A stretch of 64,000 nt of DNA from positions 384,001 to 448,000 of the forward strand of contig JAUVXV010000002.1 of assembly GCA_030603365.1 (NCBI GenBank). The letters are read 5' to 3'. Source of the DNA: Candidatus Heimdallarchaeota archaeon. GTDB taxonomy: Archaea; Asgardarchaeota; Heimdallarchaeia; Heimdallarchaeales; Heimdallarchaeaceae. The notes under the pieces are model-generated. The model was not told where the DNA came from. It searched no databases and saw only the letters and a program-made list of their open reading frames with translations. This document shows, piece after piece, positions 30,344 through 39,030 of the stretch. Made by a program: the position numbers and the translations under genes. Numbering within the stretch: the stretch's first letter is position 1; each line of letters opens with the position of its first letter.

Positions 30344-30913
30344 GTGAACCAAATTAAACCATGTCCTTTCTGTGAAAGGTCAATCCCCGATATCTCAGCT
30401 TTTTGTTGTTATTGTGGTAAGGATGTTAGAAGAGTAGAACAACCTAAGCTAAAAAAAACCAACCTAGATCTGCAAAAATCAATTGGTAAGCTGAAAAAAC
30501 AAGCTATATCTTTTATTTCCAATTTAGAGACAAAAGTTGAAAATTCTACTTCGCTTTCATATGTAAATAAACAGAGAGTTCTTAATATTCTGAACCAGTT
30601 TCAATATAAAGAAAAGGGAGAACTAGAAGGTGATCCTGAAGAATTGTCTGAATGGGTAAAGAAGGTAGAAGAAGCAATTTCAGGAGAAAAATGCATTATT
30701 TGTTTACAAGAATTTGTGATAAAAGAAAAAGAACAACTAAATGTCATTTTATGTCCACATTGCAATTATGCTGGACACCCTAATCATTTTATTACGTGGT
30801 TGGATACAAGGAAAAAGTGTCCTATGTGTAGAAGTGATCTCGATAAGGACAGTTTACTTAGAGGTTACTTATCAGAAAAAGATGAAAAACTAGTGTTTAC
30901 AAGTGAACCTTGA
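30344..30913 (+). CDS. Zinc ribbon + RING-finger protein (putative E3 ubiquitin ligase)
   Basis: N-terminal CPFC..FCCYCG; C-terminal CIIC..CPHC...GHPNH...W......CPMC. Confidence 0.75.
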   Translation: MNQIKPCPFCERSIPDISAFCCYCGKDVRRVEQPKLKKTNLDLQKSIGKLKKQAISFISNLETKVENSTSLSYVNKQRVLNILNQFQYKEKGELEGDPEELSEWVKKVEEAISGEKCIICLQEFVIKEKEQLNVILCPHCNYAGHPNHFITWLDTRKKCPMCRSDLDKDSLLRGYLSEKDEKLVFTSEP

Positions 30914-30926
30914 TTAAGAAACATTT

Positions 30927-31727
30927 TCAACTTTTCTTCTTCTCTCTCATCTCTTGTTTATATTTGTTCAGAAGATGTTTATACTCTTCTGCTTCTGCAC
31001 CAGGATCTTCTGAATAAACTATAGGGCCCCCAACACATATCATTGCGTTATTATCAAAATGATAAATTAGACTTTTGATAATCAAATGTTCATTCCCATA
31101 GATGGGTGCAAGGGCAAGTATATTAGGCCCTATTGTTTCTTTTAGTTTTCTTACATCTTTAACATCAATGTGTTCTGCATTACCTATCCAAAAACCATCT
31201 ACTTGAGTTTTTTTACATCTTTCTGCCACATACAAGAATAATGGTTGTTCATTAACAGCAGCAATTTTGTAAAACATAGATTCTGGATTTGACAACAAGG
31301 TTAAAACAATAATCCCTAATTGTTTCTGTCTAGCAAGGAGTGAGGCTTTGTCTATATTAGCACTAAAGGGGGAGAAAGTAAATGCATCAAAGTTTTCTTC
31401 TTTGAACCAAAAAATGGCTGAATCATTTGAAGTATCTATGTCTCCAAGTTTATGGTCTATTATTGACAACATATCATTCTGATGAATAAAAATATTAATC
31501 TGTCTAATTTCATCAGCAGTTAAACCGATTAAATACTGTCTGTTAAGCTTTACAGCACTACAATAAGGAGCAACTTCACTAATGATTTTTTTCATAAAGT
31601 TAATTCGATTATCATCGGGCATAACATGTCTTGATCGCTGTGAAGGTAAAGCTGGATCAAGACTAACACAAAGTAAGCTATCTTTCTTCTTTGAAATCTC
31701 CTTATACTTTTGAATAAACTGTGACAT
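30927..31727 (-). CDS. pyrF: Orotidine 5'-phosphate decarboxylase homolog (divergent phosphate-binding site)
   Basis: 'LCVSLDP', 'AVKLN', 'IIDHKLGDIDTS', 'LSNP'; pyr gene context. Confidence 0.85.
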   Translation of the reverse strand: MSQFIQKYKEISKKKDSLLCVSLDPALPSQRSRHVMPDDNRINFMKKIISEVAPYCSAVKLNRQYLIGLTADEIRQINIFIHQNDMLSIIDHKLGDIDTSNDSAIFWFKEENFDAFTFSPFSANIDKASLLARQKQLGIIVLTLLSNPESMFYKIAAVNEQPLFLYVAERCKKTQVDGFWIGNAEHIDVKDVRKLKETIGPNILALAPIYGNEHLIIKSLIYHFDNNAMICVGGPIVYSEDPGAEAEEYKHLLNKYKQEMREKKKS

Positions 31728-31837
31728 TTACTTATTCACAAGGAGAAAACGACCTATATTACTTATAAAGTTATATTGTCATGCAAATCTTTTTCAATTA
31801 ATTAAATGAGGATACAATAGATATTGGGGCGACAATA

Positions 31838-32617
31838 ATGTCCAATACAAACACTCCAGATAGTTATATTGATGCTCAAGAAAAATTAATGACTCTAAAT
31901 CTTCTTCAGATAGCTTATAAAAAATTTGAGAAACTTGATAGCTTCAAGTCATATCTTCAAGAAAACGGTGTTGAAGTTTCTGTTGCTAATCTTTCCAGAT
32001 ATGTCAATGGAAAAGCTCTACCAAAATCTAAATTGAAGGATTCACTTCTTAGAATTTTCGTAAACAATAAGAAGTTAGGTTTAACAATCGAAGAGCTAAT
32101 TACCAAGAATCTAGAGATCAAGAGAGATGAATCTGGTGTTGTATCAGTAAATAACTCATGTCTCCTCAACGATTCTAGAACCTTGAAAGCAATATTATTT
32201 TTAGCAATTAAACAAGGAATAATTCCTAGTATTGCTGATAAAGTCATCACTGCAGAAGTTGATGGCATACCTTTAGGGATGACTCTTGCTCATCTCTTAA
32301 ACATCGACTGTGTCTATGCAAGAAAGAAGAAAACGATAGGAACGTCTTCTTTCCACAGTGAAGATATTGTTGCTGCAAAATCAAGTAGAATTGAAACCCT
32401 CTTTCTACCTGAGAATTTTATTAATAAAGATGAGAATATCATAATAATTGATGATATTATACGATCAGGAGCTACTCAAACTGCATTGGTAAACCTAGTA
32501 TCAAAAAGTGAGGGGATTCCTTTGAAAATAGTGATTCTAACTGGAATAGGAGAGCATTGGGGAAAAACAAACATACTACGATTTACAGATTTCTCAGCTC
32601 TCGTGACAATAAGTTGA
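31838..32617 (+). CDS. HTH + type I phosphoribosyltransferase (PurR-like archaeal regulator/PRTase)
   Basis: HTH 'VSVANLSRYVNGKALP'; 'TAEVDGIPLG', 'YARKKK', PRPP motif 'IIIIDDIIRSGAT'. Confidence 0.85.
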   Translation: MSNTNTPDSYIDAQEKLMTLNLLQIAYKKFEKLDSFKSYLQENGVEVSVANLSRYVNGKALPKSKLKDSLLRIFVNNKKLGLTIEELITKNLEIKRDESGVVSVNNSCLLNDSRTLKAILFLAIKQGIIPSIADKVITAEVDGIPLGMTLAHLLNIDCVYARKKKTIGTSSFHSEDIVAAKSSRIETLFLPENFINKDENIIIIDDIIRSGATQTALVNLVSKSEGIPLKIVILTGIGEHWGKTNILRFTDFSALVTIS

Positions 32618-32664
32618 GTAGAATAAAGGGTATGTTTCACAGAGTAAGTGCATTTAATCTATCT

Positions 32665-33882
32665 CTACAATTCATTTTGAACAAGAATTTGTTTATTCTT
32701 AATTATGTATTTCATAGATCCACGTAACATTTTATTTTGAAAAGGTGACCAACCAGCTTTAGACTTTATCCAATCTGAATCTACATGGAAAGGAGTATGA
32801 GGATCCAAGATTACAATTTCTTCTTTAATAGCTTTCTCTTTAATATTAAGTAATGAAGAAGGGAATTTATAGAAAGCTTCGATTGCTCGTTCCCATTCCA
32901 AATCCCCTAAATTGATTAAAGTGCAAACTGTTGGTAATAGCTCTTGAACACCAGGCATACCACTTAAACATTCATTTTCTTTTTCTTCGATAGTATGAGG
33001 AGAGTGGCTAGAACTAATCATGTCAATTATTCCCATAGCTAGGGATTCAACAAGTATTCTGCTATCTCTTGTGTTTCTCAGTGGTGGTTTCACTTTTTTC
33101 AGATGTTCTTCAAGATCTGTTGCTTGATTGAAAAATAGATATCTTGGACATGTGTCTGATGTAAGATTTGGAGTATTCACTAATTCTAATAATTTTGAAG
33201 AAAGGGAACTGCTTACATGTGTTATATGTAGTTTCAGTGATGAATAATCTTTTGCCCACTGTAAAATCTTCTGAACAGCTACCGCTTCTGCTTCAGGAGG
33301 ATGTTTCTTATTGTGATCACTTTCAAAATCATGTTCTTTGAGTATATTGGGATCTTCAGCATGAAAGATTATTGGTTTATTAGTTTCTAGTTCCTCTAGA
33401 TTGTCCAATGCAGAAATTATTCTTTCTTCATCGATGGTTAAATCTCCTGAAGAATCAGACATGAAGATCTTATATGCATCACAATACTCATCTAATTCAG
33501 ATATATCTTCAGCATTGTTATTAGTAATTGCCGCTGCAATAAGAATATCAACAATATCCTGTTTTTTGGTCAGCTCACGTTTGTACTTGAGATCGTTAAT
33601 AGAATCAGTTACAGGATTTGTATTTGGCATATCTAAAACAGTTAGAACTCCTCCAAACAGAGCTGCTTCTGCACCTGTAATCATATCTTCTTTATGAGTA
33701 AATCCCGGTTCTCTGAAATGAACGTGTAAGTCAATACCCGGAGGTATGCCTAAATAATCCCTGCAGTCAATCTCATTTCCTAGAATTTTAATTAAGGATG
33801 GATTATAGTCTACTTCTAAATCTTGAATTTCAAAATCTCTTTTCTGATGGTTCCAGATTTTAAGATTCGAGAGAATGACCAT
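32665..33882 (-). CDS. pyrC: Dihydroorotase homolog (catalytic Asp replaced by Ser)
   Basis: DLHVHFREPG, DMPNT, YKIFM, FHAED, HITHVSS, KVKPPLR, SSSHSPH. Confidence 0.88.
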   Translation of the reverse strand: MVILSNLKIWNHQKRDFEIQDLEVDYNPSLIKILGNEIDCRDYLGIPPGIDLHVHFREPGFTHKEDMITGAEAALFGGVLTVLDMPNTNPVTDSINDLKYKRELTKKQDIVDILIAAAITNNNAEDISELDEYCDAYKIFMSDSSGDLTIDEERIISALDNLEELETNKPIIFHAEDPNILKEHDFESDHNKKHPPEAEAVAVQKILQWAKDYSSLKLHITHVSSSLSSKLLELVNTPNLTSDTCPRYLFFNQATDLEEHLKKVKPPLRNTRDSRILVESLAMGIIDMISSSHSPHTIEEKENECLSGMPGVQELLPTVCTLINLGDLEWERAIEAFYKFPSSLLNIKEKAIKEEIVILDPHTPFHVDSDWIKSKAGWSPFQNKMLRGSMKYIIKNKQILVQNEL

Positions 33883-33884
33883 GG

Positions 33885-34736
33885 TTATATCCTCACTTTT
33901 TCGCCTGATTCAAGTCTTTTGTATAGTCCAAAGTCACTGATTTGTTCCAACTGTTCAGTGTTAAAAACAGGACCATCTACACATATTCTCCAACCAGTTG
34001 GATCTACAGCACAATATGAACAAGCACCAAAACCACATCTCATATAACGGTCAGCTAAACTCATTTGCATATCCATAACATTCGAATATTTTTTCCCAAT
34101 ATTGAAAATTGCTTTCATCATTTTTTCTGGACCAGCAACATACATTACAGAAGGAGTTTGATTTTCCTGTAAGAAATTCTCCAAATCTACAGTAGGAAAT
34201 CCTTGGTAGCCGTAAGATCCATCATCTGTACAAACATGAAATGTAATTAGATCCTTGTCATGAAGATCTTGAAACCAATCAAGATACATCAACCTATCTT
34301 TTGTTCTCGCACCCTCAAAAACATGAATGTTTTGTTTACTATCTTTTTCCAATAGAGTTGTAGTTAAGAGTTTGAGAGGAGTCATACCAAAACCTCCTCC
34401 AATTAGCAGATGATTCACATCTTGTGGAGGTTTGAACGGTTTCCCATAAAATCCTCTAACACCTACTAAATCCCCAATTTGCTTATTAATCATTGCTTCA
34501 GTACCAGGTCCCATTTTAGCAATACCAACTTCTAAAATGTTTTCTTTAAAACCTGCAATTCCTATAGGAAATTCATCTACTCCAGGAACCCAAAGCATTA
34601 TGAATTGTCCAGGTAAAGCTCGCTGAGCTTTAATTGGAAGTTCTATAAGAAATTTGTAAGTATCTTCACATTCCAATTCTTTTGTAATTATTTTTCCCAT
34701 AAGGGGTTTGTCATTTGGCAAGGTTTGTTTTGTCAT
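33885..34736 (-). CDS. pyrK: Dihydroorotate dehydrogenase electron-transfer subunit
   Basis: PGQFIMLW, GGGFGMTPL, TDDGS, CGFGACSYC...C.DGPVF 2Fe-2S motif. Confidence 0.93.
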   Translation of the reverse strand: MTKQTLPNDKPLMGKIITKELECEDTYKFLIELPIKAQRALPGQFIMLWVPGVDEFPIGIAGFKENILEVGIAKMGPGTEAMINKQIGDLVGVRGFYGKPFKPPQDVNHLLIGGGFGMTPLKLLTTTLLEKDSKQNIHVFEGARTKDRLMYLDWFQDLHDKDLITFHVCTDDGSYGYQGFPTVDLENFLQENQTPSVMYVAGPEKMMKAIFNIGKKYSNVMDMQMSLADRYMRCGFGACSYCAVDPTGWRICVDGPVFNTEQLEQISDFGLYKRLESGEKVRI

Positions 34737-35653
34737 CTGTGAGCTCCTCCAGTAATTTCCTTTATTGAATTAAATTGATGCTCTTTCATGTATTTCTTAA
34801 TCTTCATTTGGAAGAATCTTATCATATTTTCAGGATAAGCTACACCCAGAGATGTGCCTATTTCGACTGCTGTGGCCCCCGCAAGGAGATATTCAATTAT
34901 ATCCTCTCCTCGATAAATTCCCCCAACACCGATGATAGGTATTTTATCGCCAAAATTTTCATATAAATCATAAACATAACGAATTCCTATTGGTTTGATT
35001 GCTGCTCCAGAGAGACCTCCACGTTTAAATCCAAGCACAGGCATTTTTGTTTGAATATCAATTACCATCGCTTTGAGAGTGTTAATAGCAACCAACGCAT
35101 CACTTCCACCTTTTATAGCTGCATCAGCTATTTCCAAGATGTTACTAACATTTGGTGTTAGTTTAACCCATAGAGGAATTTCTGTTTCTTTTCTTAACAT
35201 TGATACGATTTCCTTAACTAATTCAGGATCAGTTCCTATCTGAGTTCCTCCTTTTTCAGTGTTAGGGCAACTTAGATTCAATTCAAAAGCAAGAACAGAT
35301 AAATCCTTTAATCCATTTAGAACCTCTAAGAATTCTTCTTTATTTTCTCCAAAAATTGAAACAATAGTTGGTATTTTGTTTTCATTGAGAATTTGAATGT
35401 CTTCTCTGAAAATTGAATATCCAGGATTTGCTAATCCTACAGAATTTATTACACTTCTTATTTCTTGTAATGCAAATACACTAGGATTTGGATTGCCAAT
35501 TCTGGATCTTGGACCTATACTCTTTGTAATCACAGCACCCAAACCTGCTTCATAAGTTCTCTGAAGAGTAGAGTAAGTCGTTCCCAGAACACCAGAAGCT
35601 AAAATTAGCGGATTTCTGAGCTGTATATCACCGACTTCTGTATCAAAACTCAT
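34733..35653 (-). CDS. pyrD: Dihydroorotate dehydrogenase family 1B catalytic subunit
   Basis: ASG, TKS, NSVGLANPG, ELNLSCPN, KLTPN, INT, GGLSG, IGVGGI. Confidence 0.95.
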   Translation of the reverse strand: MSFDTEVGDIQLRNPLILASGVLGTTYSTLQRTYEAGLGAVITKSIGPRSRIGNPNPSVFALQEIRSVINSVGLANPGYSIFREDIQILNENKIPTIVSIFGENKEEFLEVLNGLKDLSVLAFELNLSCPNTEKGGTQIGTDPELVKEIVSMLRKETEIPLWVKLTPNVSNILEIADAAIKGGSDALVAINTLKAMVIDIQTKMPVLGFKRGGLSGAAIKPIGIRYVYDLYENFGDKIPIIGVGGIYRGEDIIEYLLAGATAVEIGTSLGVAYPENMIRFFQMKIKKYMKEHQFNSIKEITGGAHR

Positions 35654-35822
35654 GTAGAATAGTTTTTTTTAAACTTGAAAAGTTTTACTGATTTACGGAA
35701 TTTAGATCCAAGATTCAAAAAACTAAATTTTCTGAAAAAAAACACATTTCATATGAAAAATTTATTATATATTCAGAAAAAACAAAGATATAGAGGTCTT
35801 ATAATCTTCAAAGTGATATTCT

Positions 35823-36527
35823 TTGCCCCGAATCGCAGTCATTTCTGATATCCATTCAAACATCTTCGCTTTAGAGGCAGTTCTAAAGGATATTCAGAGA
35901 AAAAAAATTATTGATGAAATCATCTGTTTGGGTGATGTAGTGGGTTATTATCCTTTTCCTAACGAGTGTATAGAACTAATTCGTGAGCAATGCTCTATAA
36001 CAATGTTAGGTAACCATGATGCTGGCGTCATTGGAGATGAACCTTCTTTCTATTTCAATCCAACAGCTTATGAAATGATTGCATGGACTCAGGAAAATAT
36101 CAAACAAGAACACTTGAAATGGATAACCTCACTACCTAGAAGAAGAACGATTGAGAGAAATGGTAAAACCATCTACCTTGTGCATGGATCTCCGTTCAAA
36201 GTTTTTGATTATATGGATTCTAGCTCAGATAAACAATTGAAGGCAATGTTAAGTGAGGCTTTCGAAAAAACAGAAACTGATATACTTATGGTGGGACATA
36301 CTCATGTACCTGTTAAAACCAAATTTAAGAATAAACATTTCCTAAATCCAGGTTCTGTTGGACAGCCAAGAAATGGCACTCCAGGAGCGTATTATTCGAT
36401 AGTAAATACTAATCCATTCAATATTTCTATGATCCACCTAAAGTATGATTTTTCACCTTTGCAAGAAAAAATGAAAGAATTAGAACTTCCTAAGTCTTTG
36501 AGTGATAGATTAAATAGAGGTCATTAA
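35823..36527 (+). CDS. Calcineurin-like metallophosphoesterase
   Basis: SDIHSN, GDVVGY, GNHD, HGSP, GHTH, NPGSVGQPR. Confidence 0.92.
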   Translation: MPRIAVISDIHSNIFALEAVLKDIQRKKIIDEIICLGDVVGYYPFPNECIELIREQCSITMLGNHDAGVIGDEPSFYFNPTAYEMIAWTQENIKQEHLKWITSLPRRRTIERNGKTIYLVHGSPFKVFDYMDSSSDKQLKAMLSEAFEKTETDILMVGHTHVPVKTKFKNKHFLNPGSVGQPRNGTPGAYYSIVNTNPFNISMIHLKYDFSPLQEKMKELELPKSLSDRLNRGH

Positions 36528-36536
36528 TTAGAAAAA

Positions 36537-36923
36537 TTACTCGTAGTGAAAATCAAGATCTATTTCTTCATCATCTAAATCTTCCAATTCTGCTTCTAGT
36601 TTATCATTGTAAAGATCGTATAGAATTACTAATGCTACACCTTGATGAATTCCAGCTTTAACAGAAAGCCCCTTGTAGCTCATTTCTGGATTATCTGGAA
36701 GAATCTTTTCTCTGACATATCCCTTGAGATTATTGTAATTTGGAATAGTTCTTATTCCATCTATCAGTTCTTGTAATTTTCCCTCAAACCCTTTAAAATT
36801 AACGTTTAAGCGCTTTTGCTTTCTAAGACTTTCGAGGAATTCGTTATTAGCTTCTTCTTCTCTTACTAGGTCCTCTTCAACGCTTTTGTCTTTATCCCCA
36901 ATGTAATTGAACAGTGTATTCAA
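36537..36923 (-). CDS. Hypothetical protein, possible C-terminal HTH and acidic tail
   Basis: TTG start after AAGGGG; 'NPEMSYKGLSVKAGIHQGVALVILYDL'. Confidence 0.6.
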   Translation of the reverse strand: MNTLFNYIGDKDKSVEEDLVREEEANNEFLESLRKQKRLNVNFKGFEGKLQELIDGIRTIPNYNNLKGYVREKILPDNPEMSYKGLSVKAGIHQGVALVILYDLYNDKLEAELEDLDDEEIDLDFHYE

Positions 36924-37504
36924 CCTATAACCCCTTTCACTAAGTGTTGTTGTTCAGTGAAGGATTTTTACTATAAAATTGTTTTGTAATACGGGTTAAT
37001 CAAATAAACATTTATTTTATAGAAAAAGTATTATTTAGTTCGAAAAAAAATTTGTTAAAGGGAACATTATTTTTCTTTCCGTGAAAATAGACTTGGTCGC
37101 TAAGACAAATGTCTCTATATTTAATTAACACCTTACTAGAATAAGCATACACATCAAAGAATAGAAAATAAAACGAAAAGTTGATTAAATAACAATAGTT
37201 TCTAACTAGTGATTCTCTAAAAACCCGACAATAATAGACAAGCATACTGAAGAAGATAGTTTTATAGAGATTCTATCAACTAGAGTGAGAACAGAGTCTA
37301 AAATAGAATAATTTAAGCAAATTAATATTTTATCATACATTTGTAAAATATAATAAAAATATGTGTATTAGTATAGCTAAAAATTAGAATAAATATAACA
37401 ATATAAAATATCTTTGTCTAATTATCTAGTGAAACATTTTATTTAAAGGATAAACTAAGAAAATATAAATGCATTTTATTAAAAAAAACCATTATCAAAG
37501 CGAT

Positions 37505-38989
37505 TTATTTCCAATTCTTAGAACTTTCTACAGATTTTTTCCATCTAGAAAGCAAAGACTCTCTAGTTTCTATATCCATTTCAGGTTTATATTCTTCTTC
37601 TACAAGAAAATTTGATTGAATATCATCCAAATTTTCCCAATAATCTACTGCTAATCCCGCTAAATAAGCTGCACCTAAAGCAGTAGTTTCACTTATAGTA
37701 GGTTTCTGAACAACGACATCCGAAACATCTGCTTGAAATTGTAGTAATGGAGAACATTTAGTTATACCACCATCAACGCGTAAAATGTTTATATCTATAC
37801 CTGATTCTTCACGCATTATCTCAAATACGTCTTCAGATTGATAACATATGGATTCAAGAGTTGCCCGAATTATGTGATTTCGTGTAGATCCCCTAGTTAA
37901 GCCTAGAATTGTACCTCTTGCGTAAGGATCCCAATAAGGAGCACCTAATCCCACAAAAGCTGGAACAAAGAATACTCCTTCTGTACTTTTTGTATTGTTC
38001 ATGATGCTTGTAAGTTCGTTAATATTATCAAGTATTCTGAGACCTTCTTCTAACCATTGAATTGCTGCTCCTGTGATGAAAACACTTCCTTCCAAGGCAT
38101 AAGTAATTTTATTATCGATTTTCCATGCGATAGTTGAGAGCAGTCCCTTCTTCGAATCAACAACTGTTTCACCAGTGTTTAGAAGCATAAAATTACCTGT
38201 ACCATAGGTATTCTTTACAGAACCTTTTTCAAAGCAGGTTTGTCCAAACAAAGCAGCTTGTTGATCACCAATGGCTCCAGTTACTGACAACTGGGAAGAA
38301 AAGAGCTTTTCTTTTGTTAGACCATATGCATCTTTGTCACTACTTGGACGAACTTCAGGAAGAATGTCTAAAGGTATTTGCAGTAAATCTAATAACTCAG
38401 TATCCCATTCACCGTTATGAATATTGAAAAGTAATGTTCTGGATGCATTAGAATAATCCGTGATATGATTCCCAGTTAAATTCCAAATCAACCAACTATC
38501 TATAGTTCCGACCAGGAGATTGTTTCTGTTTTGGGTGTCTTTTGCTTTAGTATTGTTCTCTAATAGCCATTTAATTTTAGTACCAGAGAAATAAGGATCT
38601 AGAACAAGCCCAGTTTTTCTATTGAACAGTTCTGAATAGCCGTTATTTCTTAACTCATCACAAATATCTGATGTTCTTCGACATTGCCACACAATTGCGT
38701 TATGAAGAGGTAAACCAGTTTCCTTATCCCAAGCAACAATTGTTTCTCTTTGATTGGTTACACCTATTGAACAAATATCTGTTGAAGATAACTTAGCCTT
38801 AAGAAGAGAATTTTTTACTGTTTTGATGGTGTTTTCCCAAATTTCCATTGGATTATGTTCAACCCATCCAGCTTGAGGAAATATCTGTTTATGTTCAATA
38901 TAATCTTTTGATACTTCATTTCCAGCTTTGCTGAAAATAATCGATCTAGTACCAGTAGTTCCTTGATCAATACTTAAAACATACTGCAT
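37505..38989 (-). CDS. glpK: Glycerol kinase
   Basis: IDQGTTGTR, TNQRET, WQCRR, DPYFSGTK, GDQQAALFG, KNTYGTG, GLGAPYWD. Confidence 0.97.
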   Translation of the reverse strand: MQYVLSIDQGTTGTRSIIFSKAGNEVSKDYIEHKQIFPQAGWVEHNPMEIWENTIKTVKNSLLKAKLSSTDICSIGVTNQRETIVAWDKETGLPLHNAIVWQCRRTSDICDELRNNGYSELFNRKTGLVLDPYFSGTKIKWLLENNTKAKDTQNRNNLLVGTIDSWLIWNLTGNHITDYSNASRTLLFNIHNGEWDTELLDLLQIPLDILPEVRPSSDKDAYGLTKEKLFSSQLSVTGAIGDQQAALFGQTCFEKGSVKNTYGTGNFMLLNTGETVVDSKKGLLSTIAWKIDNKITYALEGSVFITGAAIQWLEEGLRILDNINELTSIMNNTKSTEGVFFVPAFVGLGAPYWDPYARGTILGLTRGSTRNHIIRATLESICYQSEDVFEIMREESGIDINILRVDGGITKCSPLLQFQADVSDVVVQKPTISETTALGAAYLAGLAVDYWENLDDIQSNFLVEEEYKPEMDIETRESLLSRWKKSVESSKNWK

Positions 38990-39030
38990 AGTTTGTAATA
39001 AAATACGAGAGTTTTAAATTTGTTTAGGTT

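Noticed and set aside
37012-37245. 77-aa ORF in the long intergenic region
   Set aside because: F/Y/N-rich composition typical of AT-rich non-coding DNA; no SD or motif.
37205-37255. GTGATTC...CCGA...CTGA as a second C/D RNA
   Set aside because: Poor C and C' boxes, no terminal stem, and no convincing rRNA complementarity.
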